A stretch of DNA of 32,000 bases from the NCBI RefSeq assembly GCF_001458695.1, contig NZ_LN885086.1, positions 2,400,001-2,432,000 of the forward strand. The letters run 5' to 3'. Source of the stretch: Candidatus Nitrospira inopinata (lineage in GTDB: Bacteria > Nitrospirota > Nitrospiria > Nitrospirales > Nitrospiraceae). The notes under the pieces are model-generated. The model worked only from the letters and a program-made list of their open reading frames with translations, was not told the DNA's origin and did not search any database. A program made the position numbers and the translations under genes. Below are positions 17,364-24,512 of the stretch, piece by piece. Positions within the stretch are counted from its first letter, which is position 1. Each line of letters begins with the position of its first letter.

Positions 17364-17852
17364 TCAGACTTCCTGCGCTCCAAAATTTTTCGACTCGACT
17401 TTGCTCAACCATGCTTCAAGGTTTTGACCGCTCCTCCGCTTCCAGACGTCCTGCGTGGCGTAGATCGGAGCGTGACAACGCAACGCCAACGCGATGGCAT
17501 CGCTCGGTCTCGCATCAATGGTTCGAGTCACTCCCTTGCTTTCGACGTAAACCGTCGCGAAGTAAGTGTTGTTTTTTACATCCGTGAGGACCACCTGCGT
17601 CATCTTTATGCCGAGGTGGTCCCCGAAATTTTTGATCAGGTCGTGACTCATGGGTCTCGGGGTGACCGAGACATCCAACGCCCTTCGGATCGCTTCACCT
17701 TCCGATGCCCCTACCCAGATCATGAGATGTTCCGCGGGAACGTCGGCGCGTGAAAGGACGGCGATGCGAGTTTCGGTAGTCGAGTCGTCGACGACACGGT
17801 CGACCGATAGTTGAAGCAACGGCTCCGCGGGCTCGATCATCGGTTCGGGCAT
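17364..17852 (-). CDS. Bifunctional nuclease (DUF151/BFN) family protein, paralog 2
   Basis: The motifs MIWVGASEGEAI, RPMSHDL and DARPSDAIALALR are present. The ATG lies 3 nt after the stop of paralog 1, and the gene ends 38 nt before rplM. Confidence 0.8.
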   Translation of the reverse strand: MPEPMIEPAEPLLQLSVDRVVDDSTTETRIAVLSRADVPAEHLMIWVGASEGEAIRRALDVSVTPRPMSHDLIKNFGDHLGIKMTQVVLTDVKNNTYFATVYVESKGVTRTIDARPSDAIALALRCHAPIYATQDVWKRRSGQNLEAWLSKVESKNFGAQEV

Positions 17853-17855
17853 GGC

Positions 17856-18389
17856 TCAGGAATCCAGTTTTCCAAAATCTTCCGGCTTCAAATTTTCCAA
17901 CCACTGATCGAGTTCTTCCGAACTTTGTTTTTTGATGACCGACTCATTGACGAAAATCGGGGCTTCCGACCGAAGCGCCAAGGCGATGGCATCGCTCGGC
18001 CTGGAGTCCACCGTGTACTCCGAATCGCCGTACATCAGATGGATTTTGGCGAAATAGGTGTTTTCGTTCAAATCGGTGATGACTACGCTGATGACCTTGG
18101 CATTCACCGCATCCAAGTAGGCCTTCATGAAGTCATGGGTCATCGGACGAGGCGGTGCAATGTTCTCCAGAGCCAAGCTGATGGAGCTCGCTTCCGGTTT
18201 TCCGATCCAAATCGGCAGCATTTCCGATTGGTTTTCATCGCGCAAGATCACGATGTAGGCGTTATTGTAGGGATCGAACATCAACCCCTTGACGTGCATC
18301 TGGGCGATCATACCGTCGATTCCAGCTTCATTATTAATGACTTTGATGCGACGCATCAGTGGCGAAAGAAAAACAAGTAAACCTAGCAC
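17856..18389 (-). CDS. Bifunctional nuclease (DUF151/BFN) family protein, paralog 1
   Basis: The motifs LPIWIGKPEASSI, RPMTHDF and DSRPSDAIALALR are present. The start is uncertain: GTG 18389, ATG 18356, or ATG 18311 (MIAQMHVKG, which best fits the usual family N-terminus). Confidence 0.75.
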   Translation of the reverse strand: MLGLLVFLSPLMRRIKVINNEAGIDGMIAQMHVKGLMFDPYNNAYIVILRDENQSEMLPIWIGKPEASSISLALENIAPPRPMTHDFMKAYLDAVNAKVISVVITDLNENTYFAKIHLMYGDSEYTVDSRPSDAIALALRSEAPIFVNESVIKKQSSEELDQWLENLKPEDFGKLDS

Positions 18390-18525
18390 TTCTCAATTCA
18401 TACTGTCAATGAAGGCCCATTCGCGGAACGGTCCAGTCAGGGAAACGTCGGTGGGAATCATCGTCAAAAACACCAGAAGAGCGGGTGGGGACGACGAAGC
18501 GCCGCGCGACAAGCTTGCGGCACTG

Positions 18526-18807
18526 TTATTGATCAAGAGGTCGGTAGTTTTCCGCCACCTTGGATGAGTCCACGGGCTCGCCCAGCTTCAAGAAGGCTTT
18601 CATCTGTTTTCTGACCAGCTCGCGACCGCTTTCATCACCAAGATTGACGCGGTATTCATTGATAATCATGACCCGCATCCCTTCCCACTTTTTCCAGCAA
18701 TTTTGACAAACCTTGGCTTTAACCTCGGCCTCGAGCTTTCCGAGAAAAAGGGGAGCAGTGATGGCTTCTCCGGTCTGCCCGCATGTCACGCACGCTACTT
18801 CCGCCAT
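18526..18807 (-). CDS. yggX: YggX-like Fe(2+)-trafficking / oxidative damage protection protein
   Basis: The 93-aa product starts at ATG 18807, with AAGGAG 9 nt upstream. The core W..W......MIINEYRVNL.....R..L...M..FL resembles YggX. The longer ORF start at 18966 has no support. Confidence 0.7.
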   Translation of the reverse strand: MAEVACVTCGQTGEAITAPLFLGKLEAEVKAKVCQNCWKKWEGMRVMIINEYRVNLGDESGRELVRKQMKAFLKLGEPVDSSKVAENYRPLDQ

Positions 18808-18894
18808 GTCCGTGATACTCCTTGTACGAAGTTTTGAAAAACCCTGTTGTGTTGAGGGAAACATGCAAAATTCATCATGATGAGCCGCGCGCTG

Positions 18895-18903
18895 CACTAT
18901 AGC
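18895..18903 (-). promoter_or_regulatory. Candidate extended -10 promoter element for the yggX-like gene
   Basis: The minus strand reads TGcTATAGT, about 90 nt upstream of ATG 18807. There is no good -35 (a T-run instead). Confidence 0.25.
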
Positions 18904-18965
18904 AAACCTCGGTTTGGGAAAAAAGGATGTGCTTGCTTCTCTTCGTCTCTCAAGCATGTCTCTCA

Positions 18966-18994
18966 TTGACCGTAAAGGGCCGTCATGTTACAAG
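18966..18994 (+). promoter_or_regulatory. Candidate sigma70 promoter for tRNA-Leu
   Basis: TTGACC (18966-18971), a 17-nt spacer, then TACAAG (18989-18994), about 35 nt upstream of the tRNA 5' end. Confidence 0.25.
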
Positions 18995-19027
18995 AGCGTT
19001 CCTCAGAGGTCCTACGAGAAGAGTTAG

Positions 19028-19114
19028 GCCCGGATGGCGGAACTGGCAGACGCGCCGGACTCAAAATCCGGTTCTCGCGAGAGAGTGGGAGTTCGACCCT
19101 CCCTCCGGGCACCA
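19028..19114 (+). tRNA. tRNA-Leu (anticodon CAA), class II with long variable arm, CCA encoded
   Basis: The cloverleaf folds by hand. Acceptor is GCCCGGA/TCCGGGC and the D stem is GCG/CGC. The anticodon stem is CCGGA/TCCGG with loop CTCAAAA. The variable arm is 15 nt, the T arm is GGGAG-TTCGACC-CTCCC, and the discriminator is A followed by CCA. Confidence 0.92.
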
Positions 19115-19185
19115 CGATTTGTAGAGGATGAATCTTCCCCTCTTGACAGGGGCGCTCAGTTGGCCTAGGGTTCAACTTGATATAG

Positions 19186-19236
19186 GTGAATGAATGAAAA
19201 TTTGTGTGAATGAAGATCGAATTTGATTGAGATGAA
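19186..19236 (+). repeat. Phased direct repeats GTGAATGAA / GTGAATGAA / TGAGATGAA in an AT-rich spacer
   Basis: An exact 9-mer GTGAATGAA occurs at 19186 and 19206 (20-bp phase). The first copy is part of (TGAA)x3 at 19187-19198. A degenerate copy TGAGATGAA lies at 19228. The repeats sit 100-150 bp upstream of ATG 19334. The repeats are certain, but their function is not. Confidence 0.4.
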
Positions 19237-19333
19237 GGTTTTGTAAAGTTGACGACCGTTGTCGCGAAGAGATTCACAATATCGGCGTATTCTTTGGCAC
19301 CACACCATGCTTTTACTTACAAGGAGGCAGTCC

Positions 19334-20083
19334 ATGCGTAAGGTGTTGGCACTGGGAGCCGCGATTTTATTGGTCGGCTCTGGGGGCGTTGCAAAGGCTC
19401 AAGAACGCCTGCAGCAATCGTCTGGCGGATCCGCGATGGGCGTGGGAACCGGGGTCGGCGACGTCTCCGGGAACGCCAACCGCGTACAAGCGTTCGATCG
19501 GAATGCGTTTCTCGATCGCCTTTCATTGCCGGAAACCATTTACGGACGCGTGCTTGCTATCGATTTCCCCGGAGGGAAGATGCATCTGGAGACCGGCGGG
19601 AGTTCGCATGATGAAGGCAGAGCCGGTTTAGGAGCCATGAATTCGCTCGTGGTGTTTTTCGATGAGCGAACCAACATGGATCAAATCCGGACCTTAAACG
19701 CGGGTGATGATATTTCTTTGCAGGTCGTCGAGGCGACGACCAATCATCAGGAATTTGGGACCGGGCGGAAAATCGTTCGTGAAGTCTACGTGCTGCGCGG
19801 GAATGAGAAGCTGGCGGGATTCGGTGGCCTGGGACAGCGTCCAGACCCGTCAACCGAGCGAGGGATTGAAACGAGCAGCGGTAGCATGACGGGCGGTGTC
19901 GCCGGCGGAGTGATACCGGGCAAGATCGGGGGAGTAGTCGATACGACGATCGGCGAATACACGGGATCGGCTCCGTGCTGGAATTGCGAGCCCCAACCTG
20001 GCTGGGGGTATGGATCGAAACAGACCAAATCAGATTACGGAACCGACCTCGCAAAACCGAATCTGGTGAAGGGCCTCGAATAG
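19334..20083 (+). CDS. Secreted hypothetical protein, Gly-rich termini, no recognisable family
   Basis: A strong RBS AAGGAGG lies 7 nt upstream of ATG 19334. The signal peptide is MRKVLALGAAILLVGSGGVAKA/QE. The C-terminus is Gly-rich and contains CWNC. A dedicated terminator lies downstream. The ORF-track start at 19259 has no RBS. Confidence 0.7.
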   Translation: MRKVLALGAAILLVGSGGVAKAQERLQQSSGGSAMGVGTGVGDVSGNANRVQAFDRNAFLDRLSLPETIYGRVLAIDFPGGKMHLETGGSSHDEGRAGLGAMNSLVVFFDERTNMDQIRTLNAGDDISLQVVEATTNHQEFGTGRKIVREVYVLRGNEKLAGFGGLGQRPDPSTERGIETSSGSMTGGVAGGVIPGKIGGVVDTTIGEYTGSAPCWNCEPQPGWGYGSKQTKSDYGTDLAKPNLVKGLE

Positions 20084-20120
20084 AACAGAACGACCGGACG
20101 ACGAACGGCTCCGTCGGGAT

Positions 20121-20153
20121 AAAAAGAGGGTGATGGTCATCACCCTCTTTTTT
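20121..20153 (+). terminator. Rho-independent terminator
   Basis: The stem AAAAAGAGGGTGAT / ATCACCCTCTTTTT has a GGTC loop, and the T-run continues to 20153. Confidence 0.75.
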
Positions 20154-20266
20154 CTTGCTTGGCAAGGTGGTTTTCGACCATTGGAAGGTCCGAGAGGGGA
20201 AGGTAATCACAGGCTGGATCCAAAATATCGAATCTGTCTTTTGTTGAATAGAGGCGTGGGTGTGAC

Positions 20267-20533
20267 ATGAGCGACGGTGGGAAGCCTCAGGCTCTCTATG
20301 AATCGGATGAAGAACTCGACCTCCGCGGCGTCATTTGTCCCTATAATTTCGTCAAGACGAAGCTTAAATTAGAAACAATGAAGCAAGGACAGGTCCTCTC
20401 TGTCTTGCTGGACGACGGCGATCCGATCAGAAATGTTCCTCAAAGCGTTGAGAACGAAGGCCACACGATCCTGGCGTTGGAGCAGATCGATCGAGTTTAT
20501 CGCGTGCTGATTCGTCGGGAGGACAATGAGTGA
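20267..20533 (+). CDS. TusA/SirA-like sulfur carrier family protein
   Basis: The 88-aa product carries LDLRGVICPYNFVKTKLKL. This matches the TusA active-site Cys context, although the second Pro of CPxP is replaced (CPYN). Confidence 0.75.
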   Translation: MSDGGKPQALYESDEELDLRGVICPYNFVKTKLKLETMKQGQVLSVLLDDGDPIRNVPQSVENEGHTILALEQIDRVYRVLIRREDNE

Positions 20534-21276
20534 TTCAGGCTTTCAGCCTTGCGTGTCCGCCTCCGTTCCTTTCTTTTTGTCCTCCCACTGATGATGAGCG
20601 TAATGTCGGAGAAGGCGGGGTGTGACGCCAGCAGATTTTGTATCTGGCGAGCGGTCCCTCTCAGGGTTCGCTCGTGGGGAGCGGTCAGGTCGCAGGCTAA
20701 CGTGAGGTAACGTCGGGGGGCCATCTCCGCGATCGTGCGTAGCGCGCAAGGCAGCGAGTCGATCGTGCAAAAGGCGACGATTGCGGTTTCACCGGCCAGA
20801 TGGCCGGCAAGGCGACGGCGAATAGCTCGTTTTGAGTCCGGTAGCTGCCCAAGAAATAGGAAACAGTCGGTTGGAAGTCCTGCGACAGAAAGCGCCGCCG
20901 TCAGGGCCGACGGTCCAGGAATCGACATGACGCGAACGTCGTGTGCATGGGCGGAGGTCACCAAGATGGAGCCGGGATCGGCAATCATCGGTGACCCGCA
21001 ATCCGATACAAGAACGATTCGCCAGCCCTGCTTCAAGCGATCGATTAGAACCGCTGCTTTCTGCTTAATGCCCGTCGGTCCGTAACTTGTCAACGTCGTG
21101 TCGATGCCATGATGGGCCAGTAATCGACGGGTGGCAACCGGGTCTTCTGACGCGATGAGATCGGCATCACGTAGAACTTGAAGGGCGCGCAACGTGATAT
21201 CGTCGGCATGCCCGATCGGCACAGCGACAAGATAGAGGATCCCTTCCCTCCTTTGTTGACTCTGCTTAAGGCTCAT
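20497..21276 (-). CDS. rsmI: 16S rRNA (cytidine1402-2'-O)-methyltransferase
   Basis: The N-terminal segment GILYLVAVPIGHADDITLRALQVL..ADLIASED is typical of RsmI (tetrapyrrole-methylase fold). The basic C-terminal tail overlaps the tusA-like 3' end. Confidence 0.88.
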   Translation of the reverse strand: MSLKQSQQRREGILYLVAVPIGHADDITLRALQVLRDADLIASEDPVATRRLLAHHGIDTTLTSYGPTGIKQKAAVLIDRLKQGWRIVLVSDCGSPMIADPGSILVTSAHAHDVRVMSIPGPSALTAALSVAGLPTDCFLFLGQLPDSKRAIRRRLAGHLAGETAIVAFCTIDSLPCALRTIAEMAPRRYLTLACDLTAPHERTLRGTARQIQNLLASHPAFSDITLIISGRTKRKERRRTRKAESLNHSLSSRRISTR

Positions 21277-21285
21277 CGATATAAT
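21256..21285 (+). promoter_or_regulatory. Candidate sigma70 promoter for the hem operon
   Basis: TTGACT (21256-21261), an 18-nt spacer, then a consensus TATAAT (21280-21285), 62 nt upstream of ATG 21348. The -35 lies inside the divergent rsmI 5' end. Confidence 0.45.
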
Positions 21286-21347
21286 TTCCCGCTAATCTTC
21301 ACAATTTCGCCGCCAGCCGGGAACGGGATTGGAAAAAGGCGCGTCCG

Positions 21348-22151
21348 ATGGCCTCGGTCTGTTTCATGATTACCATGATGCTGTATCTCGCGGCTACGGT
21401 GTCGTTTCTCGTTTATTTGTTGAGACGTTCCGATGCCTTGTCAAACATTTCTCTGGGAATCACGGCCGTAGGATTTCTGTTTCATACCGTTGCGTTGGCT
21501 GCCAAAACGGCGGCCTCTTCTTCGTCGTCCCATCCCAGTTTCTTTGAAGCGCTGTCCTTCTTTTCCTGGATGATCATCCTTGTTTTTCTCCTGGTGGAGT
21601 TCCGGCATCGTATTCACGTGCTGGGCTCATTCATGGTTCCGCTGGCGCTGATGTCGTTGGTCTCGGCGGCCGCGTTGCCCGAGACCGTTCCCACCCTGAA
21701 ACCCGTTTTTAAGACTTTGTGGATTCACGTGGCGTTGAGCATGTTGGGCGCCGTCGGGTTCGCGGTGGGATTCGTGGCGGGGGTGATGTATTTGATTCAA
21801 GAGCGCCTGCTGAAATCGAAACGGTTCAACGTCCTCTACAGCAAACTGCCCGCTCTCGATTTCCTTGACCGTTTGAATCAGCAATCCATTGTGTTGGGAT
21901 TTCCGCTGCTGACGTTGGGGATCGTTACCGGAGCGATCTCCGCCGAATTCTCGCGAGGGTCGTATATGACGTGGAATCCCGAGCAGACGGGAGCGGTGGT
22001 TACCTGGCTGTTTTATTTCGTCGTGTTGTTGGGGCGTCTGACGGTCGGATGGCGGGCGAAACGGGCCGCGTATTTGACGGTGGTCGGATTCGCCTGCGTG
22101 ATCCTGACGTTGGTCGGAGTCGTGCTCAAGGGCCATGGAGATGTGTCGTGA
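21348..22151 (+). CDS. Cytochrome c assembly family membrane protein, HemX/YpjD/CcsA-like
   Basis: The product is a polytopic membrane protein of 267 aa. The Trp-containing segment YMTWNPEQTGAVVTWLFYF resembles the W.WDPKE region of HemX/YpjD. The gene lies immediately upstream of hemA, as in Bacillus-type hem operons. Confidence 0.75.
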   Translation: MASVCFMITMMLYLAATVSFLVYLLRRSDALSNISLGITAVGFLFHTVALAAKTAASSSSSHPSFFEALSFFSWMIILVFLLVEFRHRIHVLGSFMVPLALMSLVSAAALPETVPTLKPVFKTLWIHVALSMLGAVGFAVGFVAGVMYLIQERLLKSKRFNVLYSKLPALDFLDRLNQQSIVLGFPLLTLGIVTGAISAEFSRGSYMTWNPEQTGAVVTWLFYFVVLLGRLTVGWRAKRAAYLTVVGFACVILTLVGVVLKGHGDVS

Positions 22152-22152
22152 C

Positions 22153-23529
22153 ATGCACGTAATTGTCGTGGGATTAAGCCATAAGACGGCTCCGATTGAG
22201 ATCAGGGAAAAGTTGGCCGTTCCGGAAAGCCGGTTGGGAGAAGCGCTGGGCCGGCTGTGCTCGTACGAGGGGGTCAGAGAGGGGATGCTGCTCTCGACCT
22301 GCAATCGTGTCGAGGTCTATTCGGTCGTCGAAGACGTGGAAGTCGGACACGAACGCATCCAAGAATTCCTGGCGGATACGAACCTGTCGTTGTCCTCGGA
22401 ACAACTGACACCGCACCTGTACTGGTATACCGGTGATCGGGCGATCGCTCATTTGTTTCGGGTGGCGGCGAGCCTCGATTCAATGGTCGTCGGCGAGTCG
22501 CAGATTCTGGGGCAACTGAAAGACGCCTTCGAGGTCGCCTTGGCGCACAAGACCACGGGCGTCATCATGAACAAGATCGTCAAGAAGGCCATTTCGGTCG
22601 CGAAGCGGGTGAGGACGGAGACGAAGATCGCCGAAACGGCGGTTTCCGTGAGTTATGCGGCGGTCGAGCTGGCCAAGAAGATTTTTTCCAACCTTGACGA
22701 GAAGACCGTGATGCTCGTGGGAGCCGGAGAGATGGCGAAATTGGCGGCGCGGCATTTGATCGCCCAGGGGGTGCGGCAGGTGCGGATTACGACGAGAACG
22801 CCGCAGCACGCAATCGATTTGGCCGACAAGTTCGGCGGAACGCCCATTCCATTCGACCATTTCAAAGACGAAATGGCGGCGGCGGACATTGTGTTGGTTT
22901 CCACGGGGGCGTCGCATTATCTCGTCGGGGCGGAAGACGTGCAGCGGGCGGTCGATAAGCGGGGAAACAGCCCGATGTTTTTGATCGACATCTCGGTCCC
23001 ACGCAACATTGATCCGGCCGTCCGGCACGTCGACAATGCGTTTTTGTTCGACATCGACGACTTGACGCATCGGGTCCAACAGAATCGGGAAGAGCGGCTT
23101 CAGGAAGCGGAAAAGGCGGAGCGGATGATCGTGGAAGAAGTGGCCGTTGCCGTCGAATGGATGAAATCATTGGAAGTGACTCCGACGATCATCGCGTTGC
23201 GCAATCGCGTGGATGAAATTAAACGGGCGGAAGTCGAACGAGTCCTTGGTCGATTATCCCATCTCTCGCCGCAAGACCGTGAATTGGTGGAGGGGCTGGC
23301 GTCCTCGATCGTGAACAAATTGATTCATCGAACCATGGTGACTTTGAAGGCGGAAGTGAATTCGTCGAATGGTCCGGCCTTTGTCGAAGCCGCTCGCCGG
23401 TTTTTTCATCTTGACCGGCCTTCCCCCTCCGATCTGTCCGAAGCGGATCGGCCGCGGTGTCTTGCCGACCGGTCTCGCGCTTCGGAGCGTGAAGAGTCCG
23501 AATCGGTCGCCCACAAGCAGGTTCGTTGA
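22153..23529 (+). CDS. hemA: Glutamyl-tRNA reductase
   Basis: The N-terminus is MHVIVVGLSHKTAPIEIREK and the active-site motif is LSTCNRVEVY. An NADPH-binding segment (VGAGEMA) is present. The ATG at 22153 is 1 nt after the upstream stop. Confidence 0.95.
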   Translation: MHVIVVGLSHKTAPIEIREKLAVPESRLGEALGRLCSYEGVREGMLLSTCNRVEVYSVVEDVEVGHERIQEFLADTNLSLSSEQLTPHLYWYTGDRAIAHLFRVAASLDSMVVGESQILGQLKDAFEVALAHKTTGVIMNKIVKKAISVAKRVRTETKIAETAVSVSYAAVELAKKIFSNLDEKTVMLVGAGEMAKLAARHLIAQGVRQVRITTRTPQHAIDLADKFGGTPIPFDHFKDEMAAADIVLVSTGASHYLVGAEDVQRAVDKRGNSPMFLIDISVPRNIDPAVRHVDNAFLFDIDDLTHRVQQNREERLQEAEKAERMIVEEVAVAVEWMKSLEVTPTIIALRNRVDEIKRAEVERVLGRLSHLSPQDRELVEGLASSIVNKLIHRTMVTLKAEVNSSNGPAFVEAARRFFHLDRPSPSDLSEADRPRCLADRSRASEREESESVAHKQVR

Positions 23530-23552
23530 GTTGTCGCCGGCGTGAACGGAAA

Positions 23553-24512
23553 ATGGCGGGGATGTCGGTGCCACCAGATCGTCGATCGGCGTTAGTCATC
23601 GGAACAAGAGGAAGCAAACTCGCGCTCCGACAGAGTGAATGGTTTCGAGCGCGTGTTCAAGCCGTCGCGCCGGACGTCGGCGTGACGTTGCGCAAGATTC
23701 AAACGTCCGGTGACAAAATCCTCGATGTGCCGTTGGCCAAGATCGGCGGAAAGGGACTCTTCGTCAAAGAAATCGAGGAAGCCTTGCTCGCCGGTGAAAT
23801 TGATCTGGCCGTTCACAGCATGAAGGATGTGCCGGCTGAAATGCCGGCGGGGCTCGACATCGTCTGCGTGCCTTCCCGCGAAGACGCCCGCGACGCCTTG
23901 ATCAGCCGAGACGGGCGAAGATTCAAAGACCTGCCGCCCGGCGCTGTGATCGGCACCGCGAGTCTGCGCCGGCAAGCGCAGCTCCTCAGCCTCAGACCAG
24001 ACCTTCGGATCAGCATGTTACGGGGCAATCTCGATACCCGCCTTCGAAAGTTGAAAGAAGGAGATTTCGACGCCATTGTGCTGGCCGCCGCCGGGTTGCA
24101 TCGATTAGCGTGGGCCGGGGAGATTACCGAGTATCTCGATCCGATTGTCAGCTTGCCGGCGATCGGCCAGGGAGCGTTGGGCATTCAAGGACGGGGCGAT
24201 GACAGTTTTGTGCGTTCGATTTTGGAGCCGCTCAACGATCCGGTCACGCGAACGGCCGTGACCGCGGAACGCGCGTTCTTGCATCGGCTGGAGGGTGGCT
24301 GCCAAGTACCGATCGCCGCCCATGCGACGGTGTCCGATGGACAGGTCCGGTTGGATGGACTCGTGGCCAGCGTGGATGGGAAGACCATCATTCGGGATCA
24401 GATTCAAGGCACGAATGAGAACGCCTTCGCAATAGGTATTCAATTGGCCGAGCGATTGCTCGAGAGGGGCGGCGACCGAATCCTTCGAGACATTTATGGA
24501 ACCGATCGATGA
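23553..24512 (+). CDS. hemC: Hydroxymethylbilane synthase (porphobilinogen deaminase)
   Basis: The motifs IGTRGSKLALRQSE and HSMKDVP are present, along with the cofactor-Cys context LEGGCQVPIAAHA. The start is ATG 23553 or ATG 23562. Confidence 0.93.
   Translation: MAGMSVPPDRRSALVIGTRGSKLALRQSEWFRARVQAVAPDVGVTLRKIQTSGDKILDVPLAKIGGKGLFVKEIEEALLAGEIDLAVHSMKDVPAEMPAGLDIVCVPSREDARDALISRDGRRFKDLPPGAVIGTASLRRQAQLLSLRPDLRISMLRGNLDTRLRKLKEGDFDAIVLAAAGLHRLAWAGEITEYLDPIVSLPAIGQGALGIQGRGDDSFVRSILEPLNDPVTRTAVTAERAFLHRLEGGCQVPIAAHATVSDGQVRLDGLVASVDGKTIIRDQIQGTNENAFAIGIQLAERLLERGGDRILRDIYGTDR

Noticed and set aside
19295-19310. A sigma54-like element, TGGCAC-N7-TGC, upstream of the secreted orphan gene.
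   Set aside because: The GG-to-GC spacing is one nucleotide longer than the rigid consensus TGGCAC-N5-TTGC. The implied start would fall inside the RBS. It is mentioned in the regulatory finding but not called as a promoter.
19557-20210. A 217-aa minus-strand ORF overlapping the secreted orphan gene.
   Set aside because: The plus-strand ORF has a strong RBS, a signal peptide and a downstream terminator. The minus-strand product is Arg/Ser-rich junk that runs through the terminator hairpin.
19028-20266. A possible genomic islet integrated at tRNA-Leu.
   Set aside because: There is no integrase and no mobility gene. I found no direct repeat of the tRNA 3' end downstream; only a trivial 7-mer, TTCGACC, recurs near 20184.
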